The position numbers and the translations under genes were made by a program. Positions 53,470-61,907 of a stretch of 64,000 nt of DNA are shown one piece after another. A model generated the notes under the pieces. It had not been told where the DNA came from and did not search any database. It saw nothing but the letters and a program-made list of their open reading frames with translations. Each line of letters opens with the position of its first letter. Position 1 is the stretch's first letter. The DNA is from Collinsella sp. (GTDB lineage: Bacteria; Actinomycetota; Coriobacteriia; Coriobacteriales; Coriobacteriaceae). The DNA is taken from contig DBGDDN010000063.1 of NCBI GenBank assembly GCA_048343195.1, positions 65,142 through 129,141 of the forward strand, in the 5' to 3' direction.

Positions 53470-54708
53470 ATGACCGATACCGCCGCAACCCGCCCCTACG
53501 GCGTGCTGGGCCGTGTGCTGGGCCACAGCTACACCCCGACCATCTACAAGGAGCTCGCTGGGCTCGAGTACGTGCGATTTGAGCGCGAGCCCGAGGACCT
53601 CGCGGCCTTTATGACCGGCAACGAGTGGGAAGGCACCAACGTGACCATCCCCTACAAACGCGCCGTCATGAACTACCTGGACGAGCTGAGCCCGCTCGCC
53701 GAGCGCATGGGCAACGTCAACACCATCACGCGCCTGCCCGACGGGCGCCTGCGCGGCGACAACACCGACTACTTTGGTTTTCAGTGCCTGGTCGAGGAGC
53801 TGGGGGTTGAGGCTACCGGCAAGAAGGTCCTCGTGCTTGGCGCTACCGGTGGTGCCGGCACCACGGCAAGCATGGTGCTCGGCGACCTTGGCGCCACCGT
53901 GGTGCCCGTGGGCCGCACGAGCGAGGTCAACTACGGCAACATCGCGCAGCAGTCCGACGCCGCCCTACTCGTCAACTGCACGCCCGCCGGCATGTTCCCC
54001 CATTGCCCCGACGCGCCTTGCACACTCGAAGGGCTCGATGCGCTCGAAGGCGTTATCGACATTGTCTACAACCCCGCCCGCACGGGCCTGATGCTCGAGG
54101 CCGAGCGCCGCGGTATCCCCTGCATCGGCGGTCTGCTGATGCTCGTGGCCCAAGCGGCACAGGCTGTTGAGCGCTACACCGGCCAGGTCACCCCGCGCAA
54201 GCGCATCCTGGATGTAACGGAGCGCTTGTCACGCCGCGAACAGAACATCGCGCTGATCGGCATGCCGGGCTCGGGCAAGACCCGCGTGGGTGAGCAGATT
54301 GCCCTGCGCACGGGTCGCGAGCACATCGATCTGGACCGCGCCCTCGAGGAGCGTCTGGGCATGCCCTGTGCCGACTATATCGTCGAGCGCGGCGAGGCGG
54401 CCTTCCGCGAGCAGGAGACGGGGGCTCTGTCCGACATCTCCAAGCGCAGCGGCCTGGTGCTCTCAACCGGCGGCGGCGTGGTCACGCGTGACGAGAACTA
54501 TCCGCTGCTGCACCAGAACAGCCAAATCGTGATGCTCAACCGCAAGCTCGAAGAGCTCGCCCACAAGGGCCGCCCCATCACCGCGCGCGACGGCATCGGC
54601 AAGCTGGCCGAGCAGCGTATGCCGCGCTACCGCGCCTGGGCCGACTACATCATCGACTCACGCGACTGCGCCGCCAACACCGCCCAAGCCCTCCTCGACA
54701 CCCTTTAA
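53470..54708 (+). CDS. aroE: Shikimate dehydrogenase - shikimate kinase fusion (AroE-AroK)
   Basis: HSYTP, NVTIPYK, NTD, DIVYNP, then GMPGSGKT, GEAAFR, STGGGVV. Confidence 0.92.
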   Translation: MTDTAATRPYGVLGRVLGHSYTPTIYKELAGLEYVRFEREPEDLAAFMTGNEWEGTNVTIPYKRAVMNYLDELSPLAERMGNVNTITRLPDGRLRGDNTDYFGFQCLVEELGVEATGKKVLVLGATGGAGTTASMVLGDLGATVVPVGRTSEVNYGNIAQQSDAALLVNCTPAGMFPHCPDAPCTLEGLDALEGVIDIVYNPARTGLMLEAERRGIPCIGGLLMLVAQAAQAVERYTGQVTPRKRILDVTERLSRREQNIALIGMPGSGKTRVGEQIALRTGREHIDLDRALEERLGMPCADYIVERGEAAFREQETGALSDISKRSGLVLSTGGGVVTRDENYPLLHQNSQIVMLNRKLEELAHKGRPITARDGIGKLAEQRMPRYRAWADYIIDSRDCAANTAQALLDTL

Positions 54709-54748
54709 AACCTACCAAAAAGGGACAGGTTTATTTTGGCAGGTTTTA
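54706..54748. repeat. REP-like hairpin with GGGACAGG loop
   Basis: TAAAACCTACCAAAA / TTTTGGCAGGTTTTA arms (14/15) enclosing AGGGACAGGTTTA. Confidence 0.6.
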
Positions 54749-54809
54749 TCTGGGCAAACGTCAAACCCCAAGGCCTGCAGCACACTGCGCAACCACAAAG
54801 GAAGCAACC

Positions 54810-55247
54810 ATGAAAGCACTCGTCATCAACGGCCCCAACCTCAACATGCTCGGCATCCGCGAGCCGGGCATCTACGGCAGCGACAACTACGACCGCTTGG
54901 TGCAGATCTGCAAGGAAACAGGCGCCGCACAGGGCTTTGACGAGGTCGAGGTCTTCCAGTCCAACCACGAGGGCAGCATCGTCGACAAGATCCAGGAGGC
55001 CTACGGCAAGGTCGACGGCATCGTCATCAACCCGGCGGCCTACACACACACGAGCGTGGCGATCCTGGACGCCCTCAAGGCCGTCGCCATCCCCGCCGTC
55101 GAGGTCCACATCAGCGCCGTCGAGACGCGCGAGGACTTCCGCCAGGTGAGCTACGCACGCCTAGCCTGCTTCGCCACCATCACCGGCGAAGGCCTCCAAG
55201 GCTACGCCCACGCATTGGAGCTGCTGAAAGAGCATCTCGAAAAGTAG
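54810..55247 (+). CDS. aroQ: Type II 3-dehydroquinate dehydratase
   Basis: NGPNLNMLGIREPGIYG, QSNHEG, INPAAYTHTS, EVHIS. Confidence 0.97.
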   Translation: MKALVINGPNLNMLGIREPGIYGSDNYDRLVQICKETGAAQGFDEVEVFQSNHEGSIVDKIQEAYGKVDGIVINPAAYTHTSVAILDALKAVAIPAVEVHISAVETREDFRQVSYARLACFATITGEGLQGYAHALELLKEHLEK

Positions 55248-55285
55248 TCCCACAGGCCATATCATCAGCACCGATTCACAAAGCC

Positions 55286-55327
55286 AGTGCCGCCAGCAGC
55301 AACCTCGCTACTGGCGGCACTTTATTA
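55286..55327 (+). terminator. Terminator of the aro operon
   Basis: AGTGCCGCCAG...CTGGCGGCACT stem followed by TTTATT. Confidence 0.7.
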
Positions 55328-55333
55328 CTGGCA

Positions 55334-55339
55334 TATAAT
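55334..55339 (+). promoter_or_regulatory. Consensus -10 box for the DUF4869-ATPase operon
   Basis: TATAAT about 30 nt upstream of GGAG-N6-ATG 55371. Confidence 0.55.
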
Positions 55340-55370
55340 CGTTGCAATCACACAACGTCTGGAGACTCGC

Positions 55371-55820
55371 ATGCTAAGCATTCACCTGGGAGATTATCCC
55401 GGTTCCATTTACGATACCGAGACCTTCTTTAGGAACTCATACTTGGACTCATGGTTCGAAGACCCAATGGCCGCACAGATCATTAAAAGCGTTGACGGAT
55501 CCGAGCTCATCGGTCCCCACAACATCGTAAGTAAGCAACTGGGCTCGATCACCCCACTCGAACTGTCCGGCGGCGTTAAGACGCTGCTACTAGTACGCAA
55601 TCTCCCCGATAAGGTATTTAATGCCTCCACCTGCGGCGACAACTGCGCTCGCTGGTTGCTCAAAATTGGCAAAGAGCAGGACGTGCTGGTGACCCTTTAC
55701 CACATCATGAAATTCCCTTGGAAGAGCTTTGAAATCCGCATCGAAAACGACAACCGCATCGTCAAGAACATGCAGGAGTTTGTCGGCGCCACCAATGACT
55801 TCTTGGATGTTGATGAGTAA
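55371..55820 (+). CDS. DUF4869-like protein carrying an ABC-signature-like LSGG motif
   Basis: MLSI..G....I....FF...Y...WFED, LGSITP.ELSGGVKTLLL, FNASTCGDNCA.WLL recalled as typical of DUF4869; TAATG coupling to the next gene. Confidence 0.75.
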   Translation: MLSIHLGDYPGSIYDTETFFRNSYLDSWFEDPMAAQIIKSVDGSELIGPHNIVSKQLGSITPLELSGGVKTLLLVRNLPDKVFNASTCGDNCARWLLKIGKEQDVLVTLYHIMKFPWKSFEIRIENDNRIVKNMQEFVGATNDFLDVDE

Positions 55821-56821
55821 TGAGGGGAACACATACCGTTGTCGTCGAGCGCGCAAAGGTCAAATACACGCTCACGTTTAAACGCAACATTTCCTTTATA
55901 CGAGGCAACAGTGGCACGGGCAAAACGACACTCATCTCGATGATTCGCGACTACAACGATCGTGGACCGGAGAGCGGCGTCAAGCTCAGCTGCGACGTAC
56001 CCTGCGAAACGCTATCTGGCAGGCGTTGGAAGCGCGAGCTTTCGCTTATCGAGGACTCAATCGTCTTTCTAGATGAGGGCAATGAGTTTATTTACTCAAA
56101 GGACTTCGCAAAAGCCGTTAACGGCTCATCCAACTATTTTGTGCTAGTATCTCGTCGCGATGCCAGTGAACTCCCCTACAGCGTCGATGAAATCCTAAAG
56201 CTAGTCAACACCACAAGCAAGACAATCAATGGTCGCAAGAGCGATAGGCGCTTCTACTCGGTGACCAAGCCGCTATATGACCACACGACGAGCATGCTGT
56301 ATCAGGATCTAAATGTTGGATTCGAGATACCCGATGCTGTGGTTGTCGAGGACAGCAAATCTGGCTATCAATTCTACGGCGCTCTTTGCAACCGGCTCGG
56401 AATCCCCTGCTACACCGCCACCGGCGTAGCGAATCTAAAGCGAACGATTCACGAATGCCCCGAGCAGAACATCCTAGCCATAGGAGACGGCGCAGCGTTT
56501 GGCCCCTACATCGAAAAGGTGTTGGGACAGCGTATTTACAAGAATGTTCGCTTGTTCCTCCCGGAGTCATTCGAGTGGACACTCCTACGCTCCGGGCTCA
56601 TCCCCAGTAGCGACATTCCCAAAATCCTTGAGGATCCCTCGAGTTATATCGAAAGCCGCGATTATTTAAGCTGGGAACGATTCTTTACGGATGTGCTGGT
56701 CAAATACTCAGCAGATACCCGCTACGCTTACAAAAAGGCACGACTTAACGAGCAGTACCTAAAGCCACAGGCAATGAGTGCAGTATCGAAAGTCTTACCA
56801 GACTGTCTGAGGATGAAATAG
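55820..56821 (+). CDS. P-loop ATPase fused to a TOPRIM-like domain
   Basis: Walker A GNSGTGKT, Walker B IVFLDE; C-terminal VVVEDSKSG...IGDG...LPESFE. Confidence 0.75.
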   Translation: MRGTHTVVVERAKVKYTLTFKRNISFIRGNSGTGKTTLISMIRDYNDRGPESGVKLSCDVPCETLSGRRWKRELSLIEDSIVFLDEGNEFIYSKDFAKAVNGSSNYFVLVSRRDASELPYSVDEILKLVNTTSKTINGRKSDRRFYSVTKPLYDHTTSMLYQDLNVGFEIPDAVVVEDSKSGYQFYGALCNRLGIPCYTATGVANLKRTIHECPEQNILAIGDGAAFGPYIEKVLGQRIYKNVRLFLPESFEWTLLRSGLIPSSDIPKILEDPSSYIESRDYLSWERFFTDVLVKYSADTRYAYKKARLNEQYLKPQAMSAVSKVLPDCLRMK

Positions 56822-56863
56822 GCAGCCCCAGGCTAAATCATGCAAATAGACCCCTGTTCGAAT

Positions 56864-56907
56864 ATCGGACGCCCACAGCAAATGCCTTGCGGGCGTCCGA
56901 TTTTTTA
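56864..56907 (+). terminator. Intrinsic terminator after the ATPase gene
   Basis: ATCGGACGCCC...GGGCGTCCGAT followed by a T-tract. Confidence 0.8.
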
Positions 56908-57015
56908 ATAGACAAACTCCATCAAGCACAAACAGGCAACATACCGGCTTTACAGACGGACTATTAGTATTAATATGGTATGTATCCTATACGTTCCGGT
57001 TGGAAAGGAATAGAG

Positions 57016-57819
57016 ATGCCACCTAAGACAATTCAAGTTAGCGAAGATTTAGCAAACCAAATCAAAGCAAGGAGAGCAGAACTGGGCCTTAGCATCGAAG
57101 AAGCAGCTTCCAGAGCCGGAATCGGGGCAAAAACATGGGGTAAGTACGAGAGCGGCCAATCCATTCGAAGCGATAAGGCAACAGCCGTGTGCAAGGTCCT
57201 CAAATGGAAAAACTTCCCCGATGATTCAGCCGCAGAAACTATAAATGAGGCCACGACAAAAGAATCCTTGGCGATTGATTCGAGTCATGCCGCCTGGTCC
57301 CAATTCTTAAAAGATGAATATGGCTATAAGGGCGCAGCGTCCTTCGCCTTTGGAACCGATATTCTGCTTGACTATATCAATAAGGATCTTGAGGACCTCT
57401 CTCATCTTCCAAAAGGGACTCATGTAGGACAACTCCCCGATAGCTGGATGATTGATTTGCTCCCACCTCAATATCTGATGCAGTACAACTATGACTTTCT
57501 ATTCAAACTTCGAGCAGATCTGATTAGTTATCGTATACGAGCAAAACACGGACAAGACATAATGGCCCACACCGTTGCACAAGAACTGCTTGTAAGGCTT
57601 ATCCGAGATGCGTCATTCGAACTCGTTTCCGACTGGGAAACCGATGAAACCGATCTCGATGAAGACGGCTATCCACGGGACTTAGGTTGGGATGAATGGC
57701 CCGAGGATATCTGTGGCGACGATGATCTCAAATTCTTTATTAATGACGACACATGGACGGAAGAAGGCAATTCATATTCGTTCGAGAACTGGTTTGAACC
57801 CCAGTTCTGTCTAAGTTAA
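57016..57819 (+). CDS. XRE-family HTH protein with uncharacterised acidic C-terminal domain
   Basis: IKARRAELGLSIEEAASRAGIGAKTWGKYESG HTH_3 pattern; AAAGGA SD. Confidence 0.85.
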   Translation: MPPKTIQVSEDLANQIKARRAELGLSIEEAASRAGIGAKTWGKYESGQSIRSDKATAVCKVLKWKNFPDDSAAETINEATTKESLAIDSSHAAWSQFLKDEYGYKGAASFAFGTDILLDYINKDLEDLSHLPKGTHVGQLPDSWMIDLLPPQYLMQYNYDFLFKLRADLISYRIRAKHGQDIMAHTVAQELLVRLIRDASFELVSDWETDETDLDEDGYPRDLGWDEWPEDICGDDDLKFFINDDTWTEEGNSYSFENWFEPQFCLS

Positions 57820-57934
57820 ATAGGCAACGAACAAACGGAGCTTCAGCAGAGACTGAAGGCGCCCAATTCTAACCCTGACACAAAAATGTCCACAAAACAG
57901 CGGGGACGATCAGCTTGGTCGACCCCGCTACAAA

Positions 57935-58948
57935 TTACGCCTTCTTGATCACGTACGCCAATCCGATATCGCAGGCACAACGCACGATTGATGCGAAGAG
58001 CCACGATGCCGACAGCTTCATGAGCAACGGCATCGTCAGCCAAGGGATAAACCAATCGACTGCGTGGGTTGCAAAGATTGCCAGGCTGGCTTGTCCGCAA
58101 AACACGAGCCCTCGCTCAAGAGCGCCCAAGAACGGTACGTCCTTCAGCTTCTCCACAGCCATAGAAACCCAACATACGCAGTAACTGCCAGCAAGAGCGG
58201 CAATCGTGGCAATAACAAAACCGTCCACGCGGCGGCTCGAAAGTTCAAGCCCGCTCATAGCTGCTAAGACAAGCCAAACAATTCCAGCTCCAATAAACAG
58301 CAGCGGCTTGTCCACGCTCGGCTCCAGCCCCCTTTGGCGGGCCGTATAGCCAATCCACATCAGCAAAACGATGTAGCAGCTCAGATCCAGATCGACCGGC
58401 AGGTAGATACCCAAAAAGCGAGACACGCTCAGGCCACCGAAAGCTATCGCAGCACAGACAACGCCCCGCCAAACAACCCCAACTTCGCGCCCGTCAAACA
58501 GCCGTACCAGCGCATTAAACAGCAGGCGCGACGTAAACAGCGCGGCAGCAGGCGCGACGTAAACAGCGCGGCTAAAAACCACGCCATGCCAACGGCGGCA
58601 ACGCCAAGCCCAGGCACATCAACACCCGAGGCAAACACGAGCATCTCAAGTCCGCCCGTAAGCGCACTACCCGTCAAAGGAGCCCCGCTCATCAAGAACG
58701 TCGGCACCTGCCACGCCAGCGCAAGCACCACATACGGCACCAGCAAACGCGACACCGAGCCACTCACCAGCTCGCGCCACGGCTTGGGCCTAAACGTATA
58801 TCCAGCAAGAATAAAAAAACACCGGCATGTGAAACGAGAAGATGGCGTGCCGCAAAGGCGAGGGATTTGGAACGGTGTGCCCCACAATGACCAGGATAAT
58901 TGCAATCCCCTTTGCAATATCAATCCAGTCGAGCCTTTTGGTCCCCAT
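57935..58948 (-). pseudogene. Acyltransferase-3 (OafA/NolL-like) membrane O-acyltransferase, two frameshifts
   Basis: MGTKRLDWIDIAKGIAIILVIVGH...FSFHMPVFF; extra T in a T7 tract (58813-58819) gives TAG near 58790; 26-bp tandem duplication at 58521-58572. Confidence 0.88.
58521..58572. repeat. Perfect 26-bp tandem duplication
   Basis: AGCAGGCGCGACGTAAACAGCGCGGC x2. Confidence 0.95.
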
Positions 58949-58980
58949 AGCTCACCCTTCAAAACCGCAGCAATAAGACG

Positions 58981-59013
58981 AAAAAAGCCCGGACCACTAA
59001 GCGGTCCGGGCTT
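58981..59013 (-). terminator. Terminator after tRNA-Arg(TCT)
   Basis: AAGCCCGGACC...GGTCCGGGCTT with U-tract on the minus strand. Confidence 0.8.
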
Positions 59014-59022
59014 AATAAACGA

Positions 59023-59099
59023 TGGTGCTCCATGGCGGATTCGAACCGTCGACCTTGGGATTAGAAGTCCCCTGCTCTATCCAACTGAGCTAATGGAGC
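59023..59099 (-). tRNA. tRNA-Arg(TCT)
   Basis: 77-nt cloverleaf GCTCCAT...GGTTCGAATCC...ATGGAGC-ACCA, anticodon loop CT-TCT-AA. Confidence 0.95.
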
Positions 59100-59153
59100 A
59101 AATAACCGCACGCCCAAGCACGCGCACGCGTGCCAAGCGCTTGTAATTATAAC

Positions 59154-59924
59154 CTAGTTGAACTGCTCGCGGTACGCCTTGCAGACCTCATCAACCGGGC
59201 CGTCCATGCGAAGGTCGCCCTTCTCAATCCAAACGGCGCGCTGGCAAATGCGCTCGACCTGCTCCATGGAGTGCGAAACGAACAGAACCGTCACGTCACC
59301 GCTCTGGATAAAGTGCTGAATACGGGCCTCGCACTTTTGCTGGAAGAACACGTCACCGACGGACAGCGTCTCATCAACGATCAGAATATCGGGCTCGGTA
59401 ATCGTCGCGATTGCAAAGGCAATACGCGCCACCATGCCCGAGGAGAAGTTCTTAAGCGGCATGTCGACAAAGTTCTGCAGCTCAGCGAACTCGATAATGC
59501 CGTCAAAGTTGGCATCAATGAACTCCTTGGTGTAGCCGAGCAGGGCGCCGTTCAGATAGATGTTCTCGCGGGCGGTCAGCTCGGGGTCAAAGCCGGCACC
59601 AAGCTCAATCAGCGGTGCGATGTTGCCATGCACCTTAACGCTGCCCTCGCTGGGCTCGAGCACGCCGGCGATAATCTTAAGCATCGTAGACTTGCCGGAA
59701 CCATTAGTGCCCACCAGGCCCACGACCTCGCCTCGATGAATATCAAACGAGATGTGCTTTAGCGCCCTAAACTCCTCAAAGAACAGCTCGTGCTTGGCAA
59801 GCTTAATGAAATACTCCTTGAGGTTGGTCAGCGACTCAGACGCCATGTTAAAGATCATGGTGACGTCGTCGACCTCGACAGCCAGAGGCTGCTCGCTGTA
59901 ATCAACAACAGATTCAGTCATCAC
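59154..59924 (-). CDS. Polysaccharide ABC exporter ATP-binding subunit (Wzt/TagH/RgpD-like)
   Basis: GTNGSGKST, GAGFDPELTARENI, FSSGM, ILIVDE.LSVGD; no C-terminal carbohydrate-binding module. Confidence 0.94.
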   Translation of the reverse strand: MMTESVVDYSEQPLAVEVDDVTMIFNMASESLTNLKEYFIKLAKHELFFEEFRALKHISFDIHRGEVVGLVGTNGSGKSTMLKIIAGVLEPSEGSVKVHGNIAPLIELGAGFDPELTARENIYLNGALLGYTKEFIDANFDGIIEFAELQNFVDMPLKNFSSGMVARIAFAIATITEPDILIVDETLSVGDVFFQQKCEARIQHFIQSGDVTVLFVSHSMEQVERICQRAVWIEKGDLRMDGPVDEVCKAYREQFN

Positions 59925-59932
59925 AGCACTCC

Positions 59933-60778
59933 TTAGATGTAGAGGATGAATTTGCGCTCGGACTTATGGAACACGGTGTAGCCAATAGCAAGCGCAAGAA
60001 CCGCCCAAGCGACGCACATACCAAGCGTCAAGAACGAAGGCGTGGTCTGGAACAGGAAGATGTCACGCATAAACTGCAGGTAGTTGTACATGGGGTTCGC
60101 ATAGACCAGGATGCGCACGATATGGGGCATTTGCGCAACGAAGTCGGTCGTCCAGAAGATGGGCGTGATATAGGTCCACGCCGTGATAACGACACTCCAC
60201 AGATGCATAACGTCGCGGAAAAAGACGGTGAGCGCCGAAAGCATCATACCCAGGCCCATGCAGAAGCACATAAGCAAGAACAAGCAAACAGGCAGCAGAA
60301 TGAGGTGCCACGAAGGCATAACGCGGAACCACAGCATAACGATGGCGACGGCGACCAGCGAGAAGGCAAAGTTGACCAGCGAGAAGAGCACCTTCTGCAC
60401 CGGGAAGACCCAGCGGTGAACCTTGACCTTCTTGAGCAGCGGAGCTGCGCCCACGATCGACGTCAGCGCCTGGTTCGTAGACTCGGACATGACGGCAAAG
60501 GTGACGTTACCCACGATCAAGTACAGCGGGTACATCTCGGGCGTAATAGAGCCGTTGCGACCCTGGGCAAAAATCGTCGAGAACACGATGGCCATGACGA
60601 TCATCATCAGCAGCGGGTTGAGCACCGACCACGCAACGCCCAAAACGCTGCGACGATACTTAATCTTAAAATCCTTGGTAACCAGCTGACGAAGGATAAA
60701 CGCGTCCTTCTCAAATTCGTTCTTAGCAAACGTCGCAGGCAGACTGCGAGTTTCTTGTTGCTTTGTCTGATCCGACAC
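59933..60778 (-). CDS. Polysaccharide ABC exporter permease (Wzm/TagG/RgpC-like)
   Basis: KDFKIKYRRSVLGVAWSVLNPL, FFRD, TPIF, NPM. Confidence 0.94.
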   Translation of the reverse strand: MSDQTKQQETRSLPATFAKNEFEKDAFILRQLVTKDFKIKYRRSVLGVAWSVLNPLLMMIVMAIVFSTIFAQGRNGSITPEMYPLYLIVGNVTFAVMSESTNQALTSIVGAAPLLKKVKVHRWVFPVQKVLFSLVNFAFSLVAVAIVMLWFRVMPSWHLILLPVCLFLLMCFCMGLGMMLSALTVFFRDVMHLWSVVITAWTYITPIFWTTDFVAQMPHIVRILVYANPMYNYLQFMRDIFLFQTTPSFLTLGMCVAWAVLALAIGYTVFHKSERKFILYI

Positions 60779-60938
60779 GGATGCAACTCCCTTACTCGTA
60801 ATCGTTGACAACCGAACAGTATAGACCCGACAGGCAGACAAACGATTCGCGCAACAAAACTGGAGAACTAACCCACATCTTAGGATGCCAGGCGCAAAGG
60901 GCTATACTTTCAAGGATTTAATTCCAAAGGAGCATTGA

Positions 60939-61901
60939 GTGAATTCTGAATCCATTGCCGTCATCATCCCCTGTTACAACGAGGCCCTCACAATCGGCAA
61001 AGTCGTTGACGACTTTCACCGCGAGCTTCCGCAGGCGACGGTCTATGTCTATGACAACAACTCGTCCGACGATACCTCGCGTATCGCCGCCGAACATGGC
61101 GCGACGGTCCGCTTTGAGCCGCGTCAGGGCAAGGGCAACGTCTGCCGCCAGATGTTTCGCGATATCGAAGCTGATTGCTACCTGATGGTCGACGGCGACG
61201 ACACCTACCCCGCCGAAGCGGCCAAGGCCCTCTGCGAGCCCATACTCAACGGCACGGCTGACATGACCGTGGGCGACCGCCTTTCCAACGGCACCTACGC
61301 CGAGGAGAACAAGCGTGCCTTCCATGGCTTTGGCAACAACCTGGTACGCGCCATGATCAAGTGGGTCTATGGCTACAGCTTCGATGACGTCATGACCGGT
61401 TATCGCGCCATGAGCCGCCCGTTCGTCAAAACCTTCCCCGTGCTTTCCGAGGGCTTTCAGATCGAAACCGAGCTATCGATCCACGCTGTCGACCACCGCT
61501 GGCGCATCAAAGATGTACCCATCGAGTACCGCGACCGTCCCGAGGGCTCCGAGTCCAAACTCAACACCGTCAGCGATGGCATTAAGGTCGTCGCGATGAT
61601 CGGCACGCTGTTCAAGGACTACCGCCCGCTAAAGTTCTTCACCCTGGTCGCGATTCTATTCGCGCTCATCGGCCTCGCTCTGGGCATGCCCATCGTTGTC
61701 GAGTATTTCCAGACCGGCCTCGTCCCGCGCTTCCCCACCGCCATGCTCGTCGCCTCGTTTATGTTCCTGTGCGGCCTGAGCCTCGCAACCGGATTCATCC
61801 TCGACTCCGTGGCAAAGGTCGAAAAAAAGCAGTGGGAGGTCAACGTGTACAGCAAATACGCTTTCGATGACTATCGCAGCGACAAAACGAACGCGAGGTA
61901 A
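60939..61901 (+). CDS. GT2 polyprenol-phosphate glycosyltransferase (DPM1-like)
   Basis: IPCYNE, DNNSSD, GKG, VDGDDTY, D..TGYR, two C-terminal TMs. Confidence 0.92.
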   Translation: MNSESIAVIIPCYNEALTIGKVVDDFHRELPQATVYVYDNNSSDDTSRIAAEHGATVRFEPRQGKGNVCRQMFRDIEADCYLMVDGDDTYPAEAAKALCEPILNGTADMTVGDRLSNGTYAEENKRAFHGFGNNLVRAMIKWVYGYSFDDVMTGYRAMSRPFVKTFPVLSEGFQIETELSIHAVDHRWRIKDVPIEYRDRPEGSESKLNTVSDGIKVVAMIGTLFKDYRPLKFFTLVAILFALIGLALGMPIVVEYFQTGLVPRFPTAMLVASFMFLCGLSLATGFILDSVAKVEKKQWEVNVYSKYAFDDYRSDKTNAR

Positions 61902-61907
61902 ATCGCC

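Noticed and set aside
52227..54748. CRISPR array
   Set aside because: Isolated palindromes with no regular repeat-spacer series and no cas genes
55287..55370. N-terminal extension of the DUF4869-like ORF from GTG 55287
   Set aside because: Overlaps the aro terminator and the -10 box; ATG 55371 has an SD
57935..58948. Compensatory frameshifts (+1 and +26) restoring a full-length acyltransferase
   Set aside because: In-frame TAG near 58790 between the two lesions
46413..59099. Composite island bounded by duplicated tRNA att sites
   Set aside because: The two tRNAs are complete, different isoacceptors; no direct repeat of either 3' end and no integrase were found
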